Notes under the pieces: model-generated
What the model was told of the DNA's origin: nothing
What the model saw: the letters and a program-made list of their open reading frames with translations, nothing else
Database searches by the model: none
Assembly: GCA_964465445.1 (NCBI GenBank)
Contig: CAYXJB010000001.1
Span: 1 to 52,156, forward strand
DNA: 52,156 nucleotides
Direction: 5' to 3'
From: an uncultured Verrucomicrobiota bacterium
GTDB taxonomy: Bacteria > Verrucomicrobiota > Verrucomicrobiia > Limisphaerales > JAOAIM01
Translations under genes and position numbers: made by a program
Part shown: positions 19,738-27,748 of the stretch, piece by piece
Position numbering within the stretch: position 1 is the first letter of the stretch
How the letters are laid out: each line of letters starts with the position of its first letter

Positions 19738-20976
19738 GCGGCCGCTGCTCCCGGTCTCCAGACGATTCAACCAGCGACCTTCGCTCTGGACGTAGGCGTT
19801 GAGGGCATCGGGCCCGAGCAGTGTGCCCAGAGCTTGCTTGGTCTGGCTGGCCAGGGAGGCCAACGCTGCCTGACGCTGGTCCGGCGGCAGAGAGGGATCG
19901 TTTTGGAGGCGCTGCCGTTCGGTCTCGGCCGCCAGGCGCACCTCGTAAATCTTCCTGGCGGTGTCGGCGGGCAGGTTGTTGTTCTGGGCGAAATCGTAGA
20001 TGTCGCGGTAACGCGGATCTTGCGCGAGCATGTACTCCTGAAAGCGCGCCTCGCCCAGAAGGGCGCGCAGTTGTTCCTGCAATGCCTGCTGTGCCTGCTC
20101 GCGCGCTTCGCGGAAGGCCTCGTCCCCACCCCCGCGCCAGAGACCGAACTGATCGTCGAAGGCTTTCTGGAGTTTGAAGATTTCGCGGAACTCCTGTTCG
20201 GTCGGCTGAAAGGCGACGAGGTTCTCGCGCATGTTGCGGGCGGTCCAGGAATTGCGGAGCTGGTACTCTTCGAATTCAGTGGGCGTGAGGATCGAGGCGA
20301 TTTCGGCCTCCTGCTGGGCGCGCAGCGCCATGAGTTTGGCGCGGTTTTCAGGCGAGAATCCGCCTTCGGCAAAAATCGCCCGTTCCTGATCGCGGTACTT
20401 GTCCCGCAAGGCGATCAACTGCTGCTGCTTTTCGGGCGAGAGAAAACCGTAGCGGAAGGCATCCCGATCCGGCTCGCCGGTCTGGCGGGCCAGCTCGGCA
20501 TCCAGGTCCACGCCCAAGAGTTCCTTGATCAGGGCGCGTTTCTCGGCCAGCAGCTCGCGTTCTTTCTGACGGCGCTGCCGCTCGGCTTCACGCGCCTCGC
20601 GGTCGTAGGTTTTCCAGAACTTGAAATCCGCCGGCGAGGGCCGCAACGCCGCGATCTTCTGCGCGTAAAGCTTGTTCACATCGGCAATGATGATGTCGCG
20701 GATGGTCTCCTCCGGCACCTTGGCCGCGCGCATGTTGGCGATGTACTGGCGGTAGTCTTCTGATTCGATGTTGCTCCAGTCCAGCGGTTTGACAAGGACC
20801 GACGTCTCGGTGGACGCCGGGGCGGCAACGGTTTTGCTCACTGTGCGGGACGGGACGCTCGGCGTCGTCCGTTCCGAATCGAGGGGTCGTTCCGGGGCGC
20901 GGCGCGTCACCACCAGGGCCGCCAGCAACCCGGCATTCAAAAACACCGAAACGATCAAAATCCAGCGTGCCTTCAT
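19675..20976 (-). CDS. membrane-anchored hypothetical protein with repeated helical (L/F)(S/T)P-E/D motifs
   Basis: Internal ATG (rc 20974-20976), MKARWILIVSVFLNAGLLAALVV anchor. Repeats include LSPEKQQQLIALR, FSPENRAKLMALR, LTPTEFEEYQLR, PTEQEFREIFKLQ and LPPDQRQAALASL. Gly/Arg-rich C-terminus. Confidence 0.7.
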   Translation of the reverse strand: MKARWILIVSVFLNAGLLAALVVTRRAPERPLDSERTTPSVPSRTVSKTVAAPASTETSVLVKPLDWSNIESEDYRQYIANMRAAKVPEETIRDIIIADVNKLYAQKIAALRPSPADFKFWKTYDREAREAERQRRQKERELLAEKRALIKELLGVDLDAELARQTGEPDRDAFRYGFLSPEKQQQLIALRDKYRDQERAIFAEGGFSPENRAKLMALRAQQEAEIASILTPTEFEEYQLRNSWTARNMRENLVAFQPTEQEFREIFKLQKAFDDQFGLWRGGGDEAFREAREQAQQALQEQLRALLGEARFQEYMLAQDPRYRDIYDFAQNNNLPADTARKIYEVRLAAETERQRLQNDPSLPPDQRQAALASLASQTKQALGTLLGPDALNAYVQSEGRWLNRLETGSSGRSGFGGPPGGPPARGFRGRRG

Positions 20977-21183
20977 AGGACGAAACCGGTTTGTGCTCTG
21001 CCGTAAGCTTACCATTGCGCCATGTGTTGAAAGACGCAACCGGTTTTTGGGCGGTTACACGCGAAAGCAGCCGGAGCGGACCGGGCCGCCGGTTCGCGCC
21101 CGGTGGCCGGTCCGGAAACGATCCGGACCGCGCTCGGAAAATTTCGGTGGGCAGGCGAGAGCGGCCCTTTTAAAATTCGGCGC

Positions 21184-22335
21184 ATGGACAAAGTCCGTCT
21201 GGGCATCATCGGCATGGGCAACATCGGCAAATACCACGCCGAATATCTCCTCAACGGAAAGGTCAAACGTTGCGAGCTGGTCGCAGTCTGCGATCCGGTC
21301 GCGCCGCTGGACCGCTACAGCGGGCTGCAGCGCTTTACCGATGGAGAAGCGCTGATTCGGTCCGGTCAGGTGGATGCGGTGATCATCGCCACGCCGCATT
21401 TTCAGCACACCACGCTGGGCATTGCCGCCATCGAGGCCGGCGTGCACGTGATGGTCGAAAAGCCGATTTCCTCGCACAAAGCCGACGCCGAACGACTCAT
21501 TGCGGCGCACGCGCGTCATCCCGGGGTGGTGTTTGCAGGCATGTTCCAGCTCCGCACCGAACCGCGCTATCGCAAGATCCGCAAACTCATCCAGGAGGGC
21601 GCGCTGGGCCGGATTGTGCGCGTCAACTGGATCAACACCGACTGGTATCGGACCGAGGCCTACTACGCCAGCGGGGGTTGGCGGGCCACCTGGAAGGGCG
21701 AAGGCGGCGGGGTGTTGCTCAACCAGTGCTTGCACAACCTCGACGTGCTCCAATGGCTGGTGGGCATGCCCAAACGCGTGCGCGGCTTCTGCCAGTTCGG
21801 CCGCTTCCATCAAATCGAGGTCGAGGACAACGTGACCGCGTACCTGGAATGGGCCGACCAGGCCACCGGCGTGTTCATCAGCTCCACCGGCGAGGCGCCG
21901 GGCACCAACCGGCTCGAAATCGCCGGCACCATGGGCCGGCTGGTTCTGGAAAACGACCGGATCACCTTCACCCGAAACGAGACCGACATGATCGAGTTCA
22001 GCCGCACCGCCCGGCAGGGATTCGTCAAACCCGACGTGTGGCACGTCGAGATCCCGTTTGACAACGCCGTGCTGCCCCACGCCATCCTGGTGCAGAATTT
22101 CGTGAACGCCATTCTGGACGGCGAACCGCTCATCGCCCCGGGCGAAGAGGGCATCCATTCGGTCGAACTGGCCAACGTGATGGTGTTCTCCTCGCTGCTG
22201 GGCCAGACCGTCGAGCTGCCCATGGACAGCGCTGCCTGGGAACGCAAGCTCAACCAGCTCATCGCCGAATCCAAAATCCAAAAACAGGTCGTGCAGGTCG
22301 AAGCGACGGATTTTGCCGCCTCGTTCCGCCGCTGA
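21184..22335 (+). CDS. Gfo/Idh/MocA-family NAD(P)-dependent oxidoreductase
   Basis: Internal ATG at 21184. MDKVRLGIIGMGNIGKYHAEY is a Rossmann motif. VIIATPHFQH, HVMVEKPIS and GGGVLLNQCLHNLD are also present. Confidence 0.9.
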   Translation: MDKVRLGIIGMGNIGKYHAEYLLNGKVKRCELVAVCDPVAPLDRYSGLQRFTDGEALIRSGQVDAVIIATPHFQHTTLGIAAIEAGVHVMVEKPISSHKADAERLIAAHARHPGVVFAGMFQLRTEPRYRKIRKLIQEGALGRIVRVNWINTDWYRTEAYYASGGWRATWKGEGGGVLLNQCLHNLDVLQWLVGMPKRVRGFCQFGRFHQIEVEDNVTAYLEWADQATGVFISSTGEAPGTNRLEIAGTMGRLVLENDRITFTRNETDMIEFSRTARQGFVKPDVWHVEIPFDNAVLPHAILVQNFVNAILDGEPLIAPGEEGIHSVELANVMVFSSLLGQTVELPMDSAAWERKLNQLIAESKIQKQVVQVEATDFAASFRR

Positions 22336-22365
22336 GCATCCGCACGCCATCGCGAGCCTCGAGCC

Positions 22366-23061
22366 ATGAACAGCCCGCCCCATCATGCCGGTTCGGCCAC
22401 CCGCCTGTTGGGCCGCAACGCCCCGCTGCGGTTTCTGGCCGCGTTTCTGCGCGAACCGCTCACCGTGGGCGCGCCCTGGCCCAGCTCTCGTGCGCTGGCA
22501 CGGGCGGTGGTGGACGCCTGCCGGTTCCCGCCTCATGCCACGGTCGTGGAACTTGGCCCGGGCACGGGCGCATTCACCGAACTGCTCCTGCAACGGCTCG
22601 GCCGGGGCGGCCGCCTGCTGGCCATCGAAATCTGCCCCTCCAACGTCGAAGTCCTGCGCCAGCGATTCCGCCATTGCCGTGTGATCCACGACTCGGCCGA
22701 AAATCTGCCGCGGTATTTGCGCGGCCAGCGCGCCGACTGCATCGTCAGCGGTCTGGCCTGGGCGAACATGCTGCCGGGATTGCAGGACCGGATTTTTTCG
22801 GCCGTCTGCCGCAGCCTGGCGCCCAACGGCCAGTTCGTAGCGTTTGCCTACATCCACGCCCGCTGGGCGCCGACCACGTTGCGATTTCGACGGTTGTTGT
22901 TCGAGAACTTCGCGCGGGTCGAAACCTCGCCCGTCATCTGGCAAAACCTGCCGCCGGCCTACGTCTATTCGTGCTGGAAACCGGCGGACCGACGCGCGCT
23001 CCAACCCGATTCGAACCATGATTCTGACCGGCATTGCCGACGAAGCCGCCCACAGCCTTGA
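22366..23061 (+). CDS. class I SAM-dependent methyltransferase (phospholipid N-methyltransferase-like)
   Basis: FLREPLTVGAPWPSSRALARAVV, VVELGPGTGAFTELLL (motif I), LLAIEI, IVSGLAWANM. Confidence 0.8.
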   Translation: MNSPPHHAGSATRLLGRNAPLRFLAAFLREPLTVGAPWPSSRALARAVVDACRFPPHATVVELGPGTGAFTELLLQRLGRGGRLLAIEICPSNVEVLRQRFRHCRVIHDSAENLPRYLRGQRADCIVSGLAWANMLPGLQDRIFSAVCRSLAPNGQFVAFAYIHARWAPTTLRFRRLLFENFARVETSPVIWQNLPPAYVYSCWKPADRRALQPDSNHDSDRHCRRSRPQP

Positions 23062-23917
23062 AGGCCAGGTCCGGGCCACACGCGAACTGGGCTGGACGTA
23101 CATCGAAGCCCGCACCGTTGAAGTGCCCGGCTGGCCGAAGGCCAATTTTCATGATCTGGCCGAACCGGCCTTCGACGTCGCGTTGCGCCGGCTCGAAGCC
23201 GCCGGTATCGGCGTGTACTGCTACGGCTCGACGATCATGAACTGGGCCAAGACCGTGGACACGCCTTTTGACATCACGCTGGCCGAGGTCCGACGTGCCG
23301 TTCCCCGCATGAAACGCACCGGCACGAAATTCATCCGCATCATGAGCTTCAAGCCCGGTGACGACGAATACAAGATTCCCAGCCGCGTCTTCGAACGGGT
23401 GCGCGACGTGACGAACATGTTTCTGGACGCCGGCCTTCACGAAAACTGCATGAACTACGGCGGCATGAGCTGGCAGCACGCCCTGGAACTGCTCGATAAA
23501 TGCCCCGGCCTGCAATGGCTCTTCGACACCGCCAACCCGCTGGTCAACCCCGACCGCTCCAAACCCAAACCCTGGCCCAAACAAGACCCGTGGGAATTCT
23601 GGCTGCACATCCGCGACCACGTCCGGCACATCCACGTCAAAGACGCCGTGTGGAATCCGGCCAAAAACGACGCCGACTACACCTGGCCGGGCCAGGGACA
23701 GGGCCGGGTGCGCGAGATTCTGGCCGACGCACTGGCGCGCGGCTACGACGCCGCCATCAGTATCGAACCGCACATGGTCGTGGTGTTTCACGACGCCACC
23801 ACGCAGGCGGCCAGCGACGAAGCGATGCGCCGAAACTACGTCGAATACGGTCGCCGGCTCGAACAATTGATCGAATCTGTCCGCCCAAGTCCGGCACGCG
23901 CATCGAGCGCACCCTGA
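23018..23917 (+). CDS. sugar phosphate isomerase/epimerase (xylose-isomerase-like TIM barrel)
   Basis: Internal ATG at 23018 (MILTGIADEAAHSLEGQV...). FIRIMSF, LHENCMNYGG, HIHVKDAV and ISIEPH are typical of the family. It overlaps the previous gene by 44 nt. Confidence 0.85.
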   Translation: MILTGIADEAAHSLEGQVRATRELGWTYIEARTVEVPGWPKANFHDLAEPAFDVALRRLEAAGIGVYCYGSTIMNWAKTVDTPFDITLAEVRRAVPRMKRTGTKFIRIMSFKPGDDEYKIPSRVFERVRDVTNMFLDAGLHENCMNYGGMSWQHALELLDKCPGLQWLFDTANPLVNPDRSKPKPWPKQDPWEFWLHIRDHVRHIHVKDAVWNPAKNDADYTWPGQGQGRVREILADALARGYDAAISIEPHMVVVFHDATTQAASDEAMRRNYVEYGRRLEQLIESVRPSPARASSAP

Positions 23918-24026
23918 CCGCAGGCTGTCCCGAGCAGCGGCCCGAAAATGCCGTTGCGCCGCTCTGGCTTTTGCAGATACTGGGCTCACGGGCCGGCCTT
24001 TGTGCAGGCCCGGCCCGGTTGCGCAA

Positions 24027-24101
24027 GCGCGCTTAGCTCAGTGGAAGAGCACTTCCTTCACACGGAAGGGGTCGCAGGTTCAAGTCCTGCAGCGCGCACC
24101 A
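24027..24101 (+). tRNA. tRNA-Val (anticodon CAC)
   Basis: Hand-folded cloverleaf: GCGCGCT/AGCGCGC acceptor, GCTC-AGTGGAA-GAGC D arm, CTTCC-TTCACAC-GGAAG anticodon arm, GCAGG-TTCAAGT-CCTGC T arm, encoded CCA. Confidence 0.9.
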
Positions 24102-24222
24102 TCCCGTCGGCGAATCGGTAACCGGCCCGCGTCACAATCTCTGTTCTTCAACCAGCCCGGGGCCTCGGGTCTCGGCCCGGCAACCACGACCGCCTGGCGG
24201 CTCAGCCCGCCGACAAAAGCCA

Positions 24223-24251
24223 TTGGACAGCCCGGCCAAAGCACGTAAATT
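24223..24251 (+). promoter_or_regulatory. candidate sigma70-type promoter (TTGGAC-N17-TAAATT)
   Basis: AT-rich hexamers in a GC-rich intergenic region about 95 nt upstream of ATG 24346. The same CATTGGACA -35 context recurs at 24736-24744 before the paralog. Confidence 0.3.
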
Positions 24252-24345
24252 TGCATCGTCCCAGTCGAGGCCGAGCCTTGTGGCCTGTGCTTCGCAAACC
24301 GTCAACATGCATGAAACCGTTTCAACTCAACCCGGAGAATCACCC

Positions 24346-24654
24346 ATGAAACACATCCGAATCCCTCGAATGGCGGTCGTGCTCTCGGCGCTGCTGCTGA
24401 GCGGCGGTCTGGCGCTGGCGCAAAGCTGTTGCGTCAAAGCCAAAGCCGAAGGCAAAAGCTGCGAGCACGCCTGCTGTACCAAGGCACATGCCGACCATAA
24501 AACCTGCGATAAATGCCAGCCTGATCCGAGCTGCTGCGACAAGGCCATCGCCGCCGGCAAGGATTGCAAACACCCCTGCTGCGCCGAGGCGACCAAGGCC
24601 AAAAAAGTTTGCACCAAGTGCAATCCGGCCAAAAAGAACGAAAAACAGAGCTGA
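24346..24654 (+). CDS. secreted Lys-rich cysteine-module protein (two 32-aa CC-x9-C-x3-CC-x9-C-x2-C modules)
   Basis: GGAG 9 nt upstream of ATG 24346. Signal peptide MKHIRIPRMAVVLSALLLSGGLALA. Modules: CCVKAKAEGKSCEHACCTKAHADHKTCDKCQP and CCDKAIAAGKDCKHPCCAEATKAKKVCTKCNP. Confidence 0.7.
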   Translation: MKHIRIPRMAVVLSALLLSGGLALAQSCCVKAKAEGKSCEHACCTKAHADHKTCDKCQPDPSCCDKAIAAGKDCKHPCCAEATKAKKVCTKCNPAKKNEKQS

Positions 24655-24678
24655 CCTCCGGACGCCGATCTCTCACAC

Positions 24679-24711
24679 CGCCGTGCCCTCTCGGGGCACG
24701 GCGCTTTTTTT
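24679..24711 (+). terminator. rho-independent terminator
   Basis: The gccgtgccc (24680-24688) / gggcacggc (24694-24702) stem is followed by a T7 run (24705-24711), about 25 nt after the stop of the first Cys-module gene. Confidence 0.7.
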
Positions 24712-24737
24712 GCCCGGGCGCGACTTCGCACTCGGCA

Positions 24738-24766
24738 TTGGACATCGGCGGCGGGGCCGGTATGTT
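24738..24766 (+). promoter_or_regulatory. candidate sigma70-type promoter (TTGGAC-N17-TATGTT)
   Basis: Same -35 hexamer and spacing as at 24223, about 75 nt upstream of ATG 24841. Confidence 0.3.
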
Positions 24767-24840
24767 TGACGGCGCATCCGGGGGCGGGCGCCGCCTGCCG
24801 GAGCGCGGAACACCAGCGGCGAATACAACCGTACAGAGCC

Positions 24841-25086
24841 ATGAGAACCATTCGAGCGTTGATCCTGGCCGCCGTGGCCACGACCCTTTTCGCCGGCCCG
24901 CTACCGGCCGAGTCGCAGAATCGAAAACTAACCTGTTGCGAGCAGGCCGCTGCCGAAGGCAAGGAATGCAAGCGCAAGTGTTGCCTGGCGGCGCATCGGG
25001 AGGGACGTTCCTGCGAAAAGTGCAACCCCAACAAGGAAGACCTCAAATACATCAAGAAACGCGACGATAAAAAATCCGGCCAGTAA
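24841..25086 (+). CDS. secreted Lys-rich cysteine-module protein (single module), paralog of 24346..24654
   Basis: Internal ATG at 24841, signal peptide MRTIRALILAAVATTLFAGPLPAES, module CCEQAAAEGKECKRKCCLAAHREGRSCEKCNP, basic tail. Confidence 0.65.
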   Translation: MRTIRALILAAVATTLFAGPLPAESQNRKLTCCEQAAAEGKECKRKCCLAAHREGRSCEKCNPNKEDLKYIKKRDDKKSGQ

Positions 25087-25322
25087 CCGGGTGCTTTCGC
25101 GTCCGACGCTGCCCACAACCGGTCCGCGTGGGGGATTGCGGAAGCGACAAGTCGGCTGTCACATTCGCCCGGGCGGCCCGGACACCGGCCCGGATGGTGG
25201 CAGCAAATTTGTAGCCGGGAAAGGCCGGCGGGCTTGATCGGCCCGACCGAGGGCGCGCAAGCGGGATGCTGCTGGGAAGCCGCGATTCGCGGCGCGGCCG
25301 GAGCTGGAACGAAAGGCGACCC

Positions 25323-25790
25323 ATGTATCGCATCATTGGTGGCGACGGCAAGGAATACGGGCCGGTCCCGGCCGAGCAGATCAAGCGTTGGATCATCGAG
25401 GGCCGGTGCAACTCCCTCACACCCGTGCACTCGGAGGCGACCGGCCAGTGGCGCTGGTTGGGCGCACTGCCGGAGTTCGCCGATGTGCTTTCGGCCCCGC
25501 CGACGACGCAGGCTGCGCCGCCCTCGATTGCCGAGCGCGCTTCGAAGAAGATCCCGGCGGGCATTTGCGGCGTGCTGCTGGGCTGGCTGGGCATTCACAA
25601 ATTCATCCTCGGTTACACCACCGCCGGCGTCATCATGCTGCTGGTCTCGCTGCTGGGCGGGCTGTTGACCTGCGGCATCGCAACGTGGGTCATGGCGATC
25701 ATCGGGCTGATCGAGGGAATTCTCTACCTGACCCGCTCGGACGCCGACTTTGTGCGCATCTACATGGACGGGCGTCGGGAATGGTTTTGA
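25323..25790 (+). CDS. GYF_2 (DUF4339) domain / TM2 domain membrane protein
   Basis: Internal ATG at 25323. MYRIIGGDGKEYGPVPAEQIKRWIIEGR is GYF_2-like. GVLLGWLGIHKFILGYTTAGVIMLL...IIGLIEGILYL is TM2-like. Confidence 0.8.
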   Translation: MYRIIGGDGKEYGPVPAEQIKRWIIEGRCNSLTPVHSEATGQWRWLGALPEFADVLSAPPTTQAAPPSIAERASKKIPAGICGVLLGWLGIHKFILGYTTAGVIMLLVSLLGGLLTCGIATWVMAIIGLIEGILYLTRSDADFVRIYMDGRREWF

Positions 25791-25865
25791 AGGCGGAATC
25801 GGGCCGCGCCGCCGCGGCACGACGTTCGCTTGACGCTCCGACCCGGCCCGCGACACAGTTGCCCC

Positions 25866-26465
25866 ATGTACAGGATCATCGGCGGCGACGGCAGGGAATA
25901 CGGTCCGGTTTCCCTCGAGCAACTCAAGCAGTGGATTGCTGAAGGGCGGGCCAATGCCCAAACCCGCGTTTGCGCCGAGGGCTCGACCGAATGGAAGGCG
26001 CTGGCCGAATTTCCCGAGCTGGCCGTGGCGCTGCCGCTCGCACCGCCGGCGGGCGGCCCGGCAAGCGCGGTCGTGCCGCCGACTGAGCGCGTGCGCCCGC
26101 CGGCCATTTTTCTGTTGATCCTGGCGGTCCTCGATCTGGTCGGCAACCTCTTCAGTCTGGGTTTGGTCTTGCTGGCGGACCGATTGCCATTACTGCTGGC
26201 GCTCGAAGAATTGCAGCGAACACCGACCCAAAAAATCTGGATGCTGGTGAGCCTTCCGGCGTGTGTTCTGGGCGTGTTGCTGGCTGTGTTGCGCTTGTTT
26301 GGTTCGATCCAAATGCTGCGCATGCGTTCGCACGGACTGGCGATGACGACCGCCATCCTCACGCTGGTGCCCTTCACGGCGTGTTGCTGCCTGGTGAACA
26401 TCCCGGTCGGCATCTGGGCGCTGGTTGTGCTCAGCAAGCCCGAGGTCAAATCCGCGTTCCAATGA
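25866..26465 (+). CDS. GYF_2 (DUF4339) domain / four-TM membrane protein
   Basis: Internal ATG at 25866. The N-terminus MYRIIGGDGREYGPVSLEQLKQWIAEGR is paralogous to the previous gene. Four hydrophobic helices follow, ending CCCLVNIPVGIWALVVLSKPEVKSAF. Confidence 0.7.
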   Translation: MYRIIGGDGREYGPVSLEQLKQWIAEGRANAQTRVCAEGSTEWKALAEFPELAVALPLAPPAGGPASAVVPPTERVRPPAIFLLILAVLDLVGNLFSLGLVLLADRLPLLLALEELQRTPTQKIWMLVSLPACVLGVLLAVLRLFGSIQMLRMRSHGLAMTTAILTLVPFTACCCLVNIPVGIWALVVLSKPEVKSAFQ

Positions 26466-26911
26466 ACGGTTCGGCCGACCGCTTCGACGCCCCCGGTGTG
26501 CCACCGCGCATTGGCAAAGCCGTTGCCGCGGATCGCTGGCCGTGGCTGGCGGCGGTGCTGGCTGGTGCACTGACGGTGGTGCTGGTCGCACTCGACCCGG
26601 GTCGAGAACGGCTTGTTCCGGCGTGTCTGTTTCATGCGATCACGGGACTGAACTGTCCCGGCTGCGGCGGCACACGCGCGCTGCAACATCTGTTGCACGG
26701 TGAACTGGCCGCGGCGTTGCGCTACAACGCGCTGCTGGTGCTGGCTCTGCCCCTGGGGCTGGGCACCGCTCTGGGATACGCGCTGGGCTGGAGGCTGCCC
26801 CGCGACACGGCTACGCGCTGGTGCACCCGGGCGGCCTGGTTGGCGCTGGGCGTGGCCATCGGCTTTGCCATCGTGCGCAACCTGCCCCTGGGCGTGTGCC
26901 TTTCGCCTTGA
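26462..26911 (+). CDS. DUF2752 domain-containing membrane protein
   Basis: ATG 26462 overlaps the upstream TGA (ATGA). It carries the CLFHAITGLNCPGCGGTRAL motif. Confidence 0.75.
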   Translation: MNGSADRFDAPGVPPRIGKAVAADRWPWLAAVLAGALTVVLVALDPGRERLVPACLFHAITGLNCPGCGGTRALQHLLHGELAAALRYNALLVLALPLGLGTALGYALGWRLPRDTATRWCTRAAWLALGVAIGFAIVRNLPLGVCLSP

Positions 26912-26918
26912 GACAATC

Positions 26919-27347
26919 ATGAATCCCGGCTCATGGCTCGGCCCGGTCTTGGCCCGCGATCGCGATGCGGCGCGGGCGTGCGCGGCGATGAACCTGGCGC
27001 TGCCGGGTTTTGGCACGCTGCTGGCAGGTCGCCGGATCGGCCTTGTGCAGGCGCTGGTGACGGTGGGGGCGTTTGGGCTGACGCTGGTCGGCGGGGTCAA
27101 ATTCTTCGCCTGGTACGCCACGCATCGGGGGCAGTTCGACGATCCGTTCGCCGACCCGATTGAAAACCTGCGCGCCCTCTGGCGAGCAGCGCGCTGGCCG
27201 CTGCTGGGCATGGCCGTGTTCGCGCTCAACTGGCTCTGGGCGCTGAGCTCCAGTTGGGCCATCCTTCGTGACGCGCGGCGCGGCGGGCCGGCCGATCCGG
27301 CCCGCAGCGATCCGCCCGACACGCCGCCCCGGTTGAACGCCGCGTGA
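26919..27347 (+). CDS. small membrane protein (TM2-like PGFG motif), hypothetical
   Basis: ATG 26919, 7 nt after the previous stop. NLALPGFGTLLAGRRIGLVQALVTVGAFGL plus two further helices. Confidence 0.5.
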   Translation: MNPGSWLGPVLARDRDAARACAAMNLALPGFGTLLAGRRIGLVQALVTVGAFGLTLVGGVKFFAWYATHRGQFDDPFADPIENLRALWRAARWPLLGMAVFALNWLWALSSSWAILRDARRGGPADPARSDPPDTPPRLNAA

Positions 27348-27378
27348 CGGGGCGCGGCGGTTGTGCCACCATTGCGTG

Positions 27379-27657
27379 ATGGCAACACTCAACGCATCGC
27401 AACTCCGGGCTGCACTGGCGACCGTGCCCGAGTGGAAACGGCGCGGCCGGGCGATCACCCGCACTTTCCAGTTCAAGGACTTCGCCACGGCGATGAAATT
27501 CGTCAACGCCGTGGCGCGTCGCGCCGAGAAAGCCTGGCATCATCCCGACATTGACATCCGATGGAACAAGGTGACGCTCACGCTCACGACCCATTCGGAG
27601 GGCGGGCTCACCGAAAAGGACTTCGAACTGGCGCGGCAGTTCGACCGGCTGGTCTGA
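27379..27657 (+). CDS. 4a-hydroxytetrahydrobiopterin dehydratase (pterin-4a-carbinolamine dehydratase)
   Basis: FQFKDFATAMKFVNAVARRAEKAWHHPDIDIRWNKVTLTLTTHSEGGLTEKD. ATG at 27379 (the track ORF begins at a TTG at 27361). Confidence 0.85.
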   Translation: MATLNASQLRAALATVPEWKRRGRAITRTFQFKDFATAMKFVNAVARRAEKAWHHPDIDIRWNKVTLTLTTHSEGGLTEKDFELARQFDRLV

Positions 27658-27748
27658 ACCGGTGCCGACCTCGGCCATGAATCCGCAGCCCCGGCCGCGT
27701 TCGCCGCGGTAGCCGCAGGATGGCAAGCGGTTCACGCTCTGTTGCTCG

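Noticed and set aside
25198-25213. Sigma54-like element TGGCAG-CAAAT-TTGTA about 110 nt upstream of the GYF_2-TM2 gene.
   Set aside because: The invariant -12 GC is replaced by GT. No enhancer-binding protein gene is nearby. A single near-match of this length is expected by chance.
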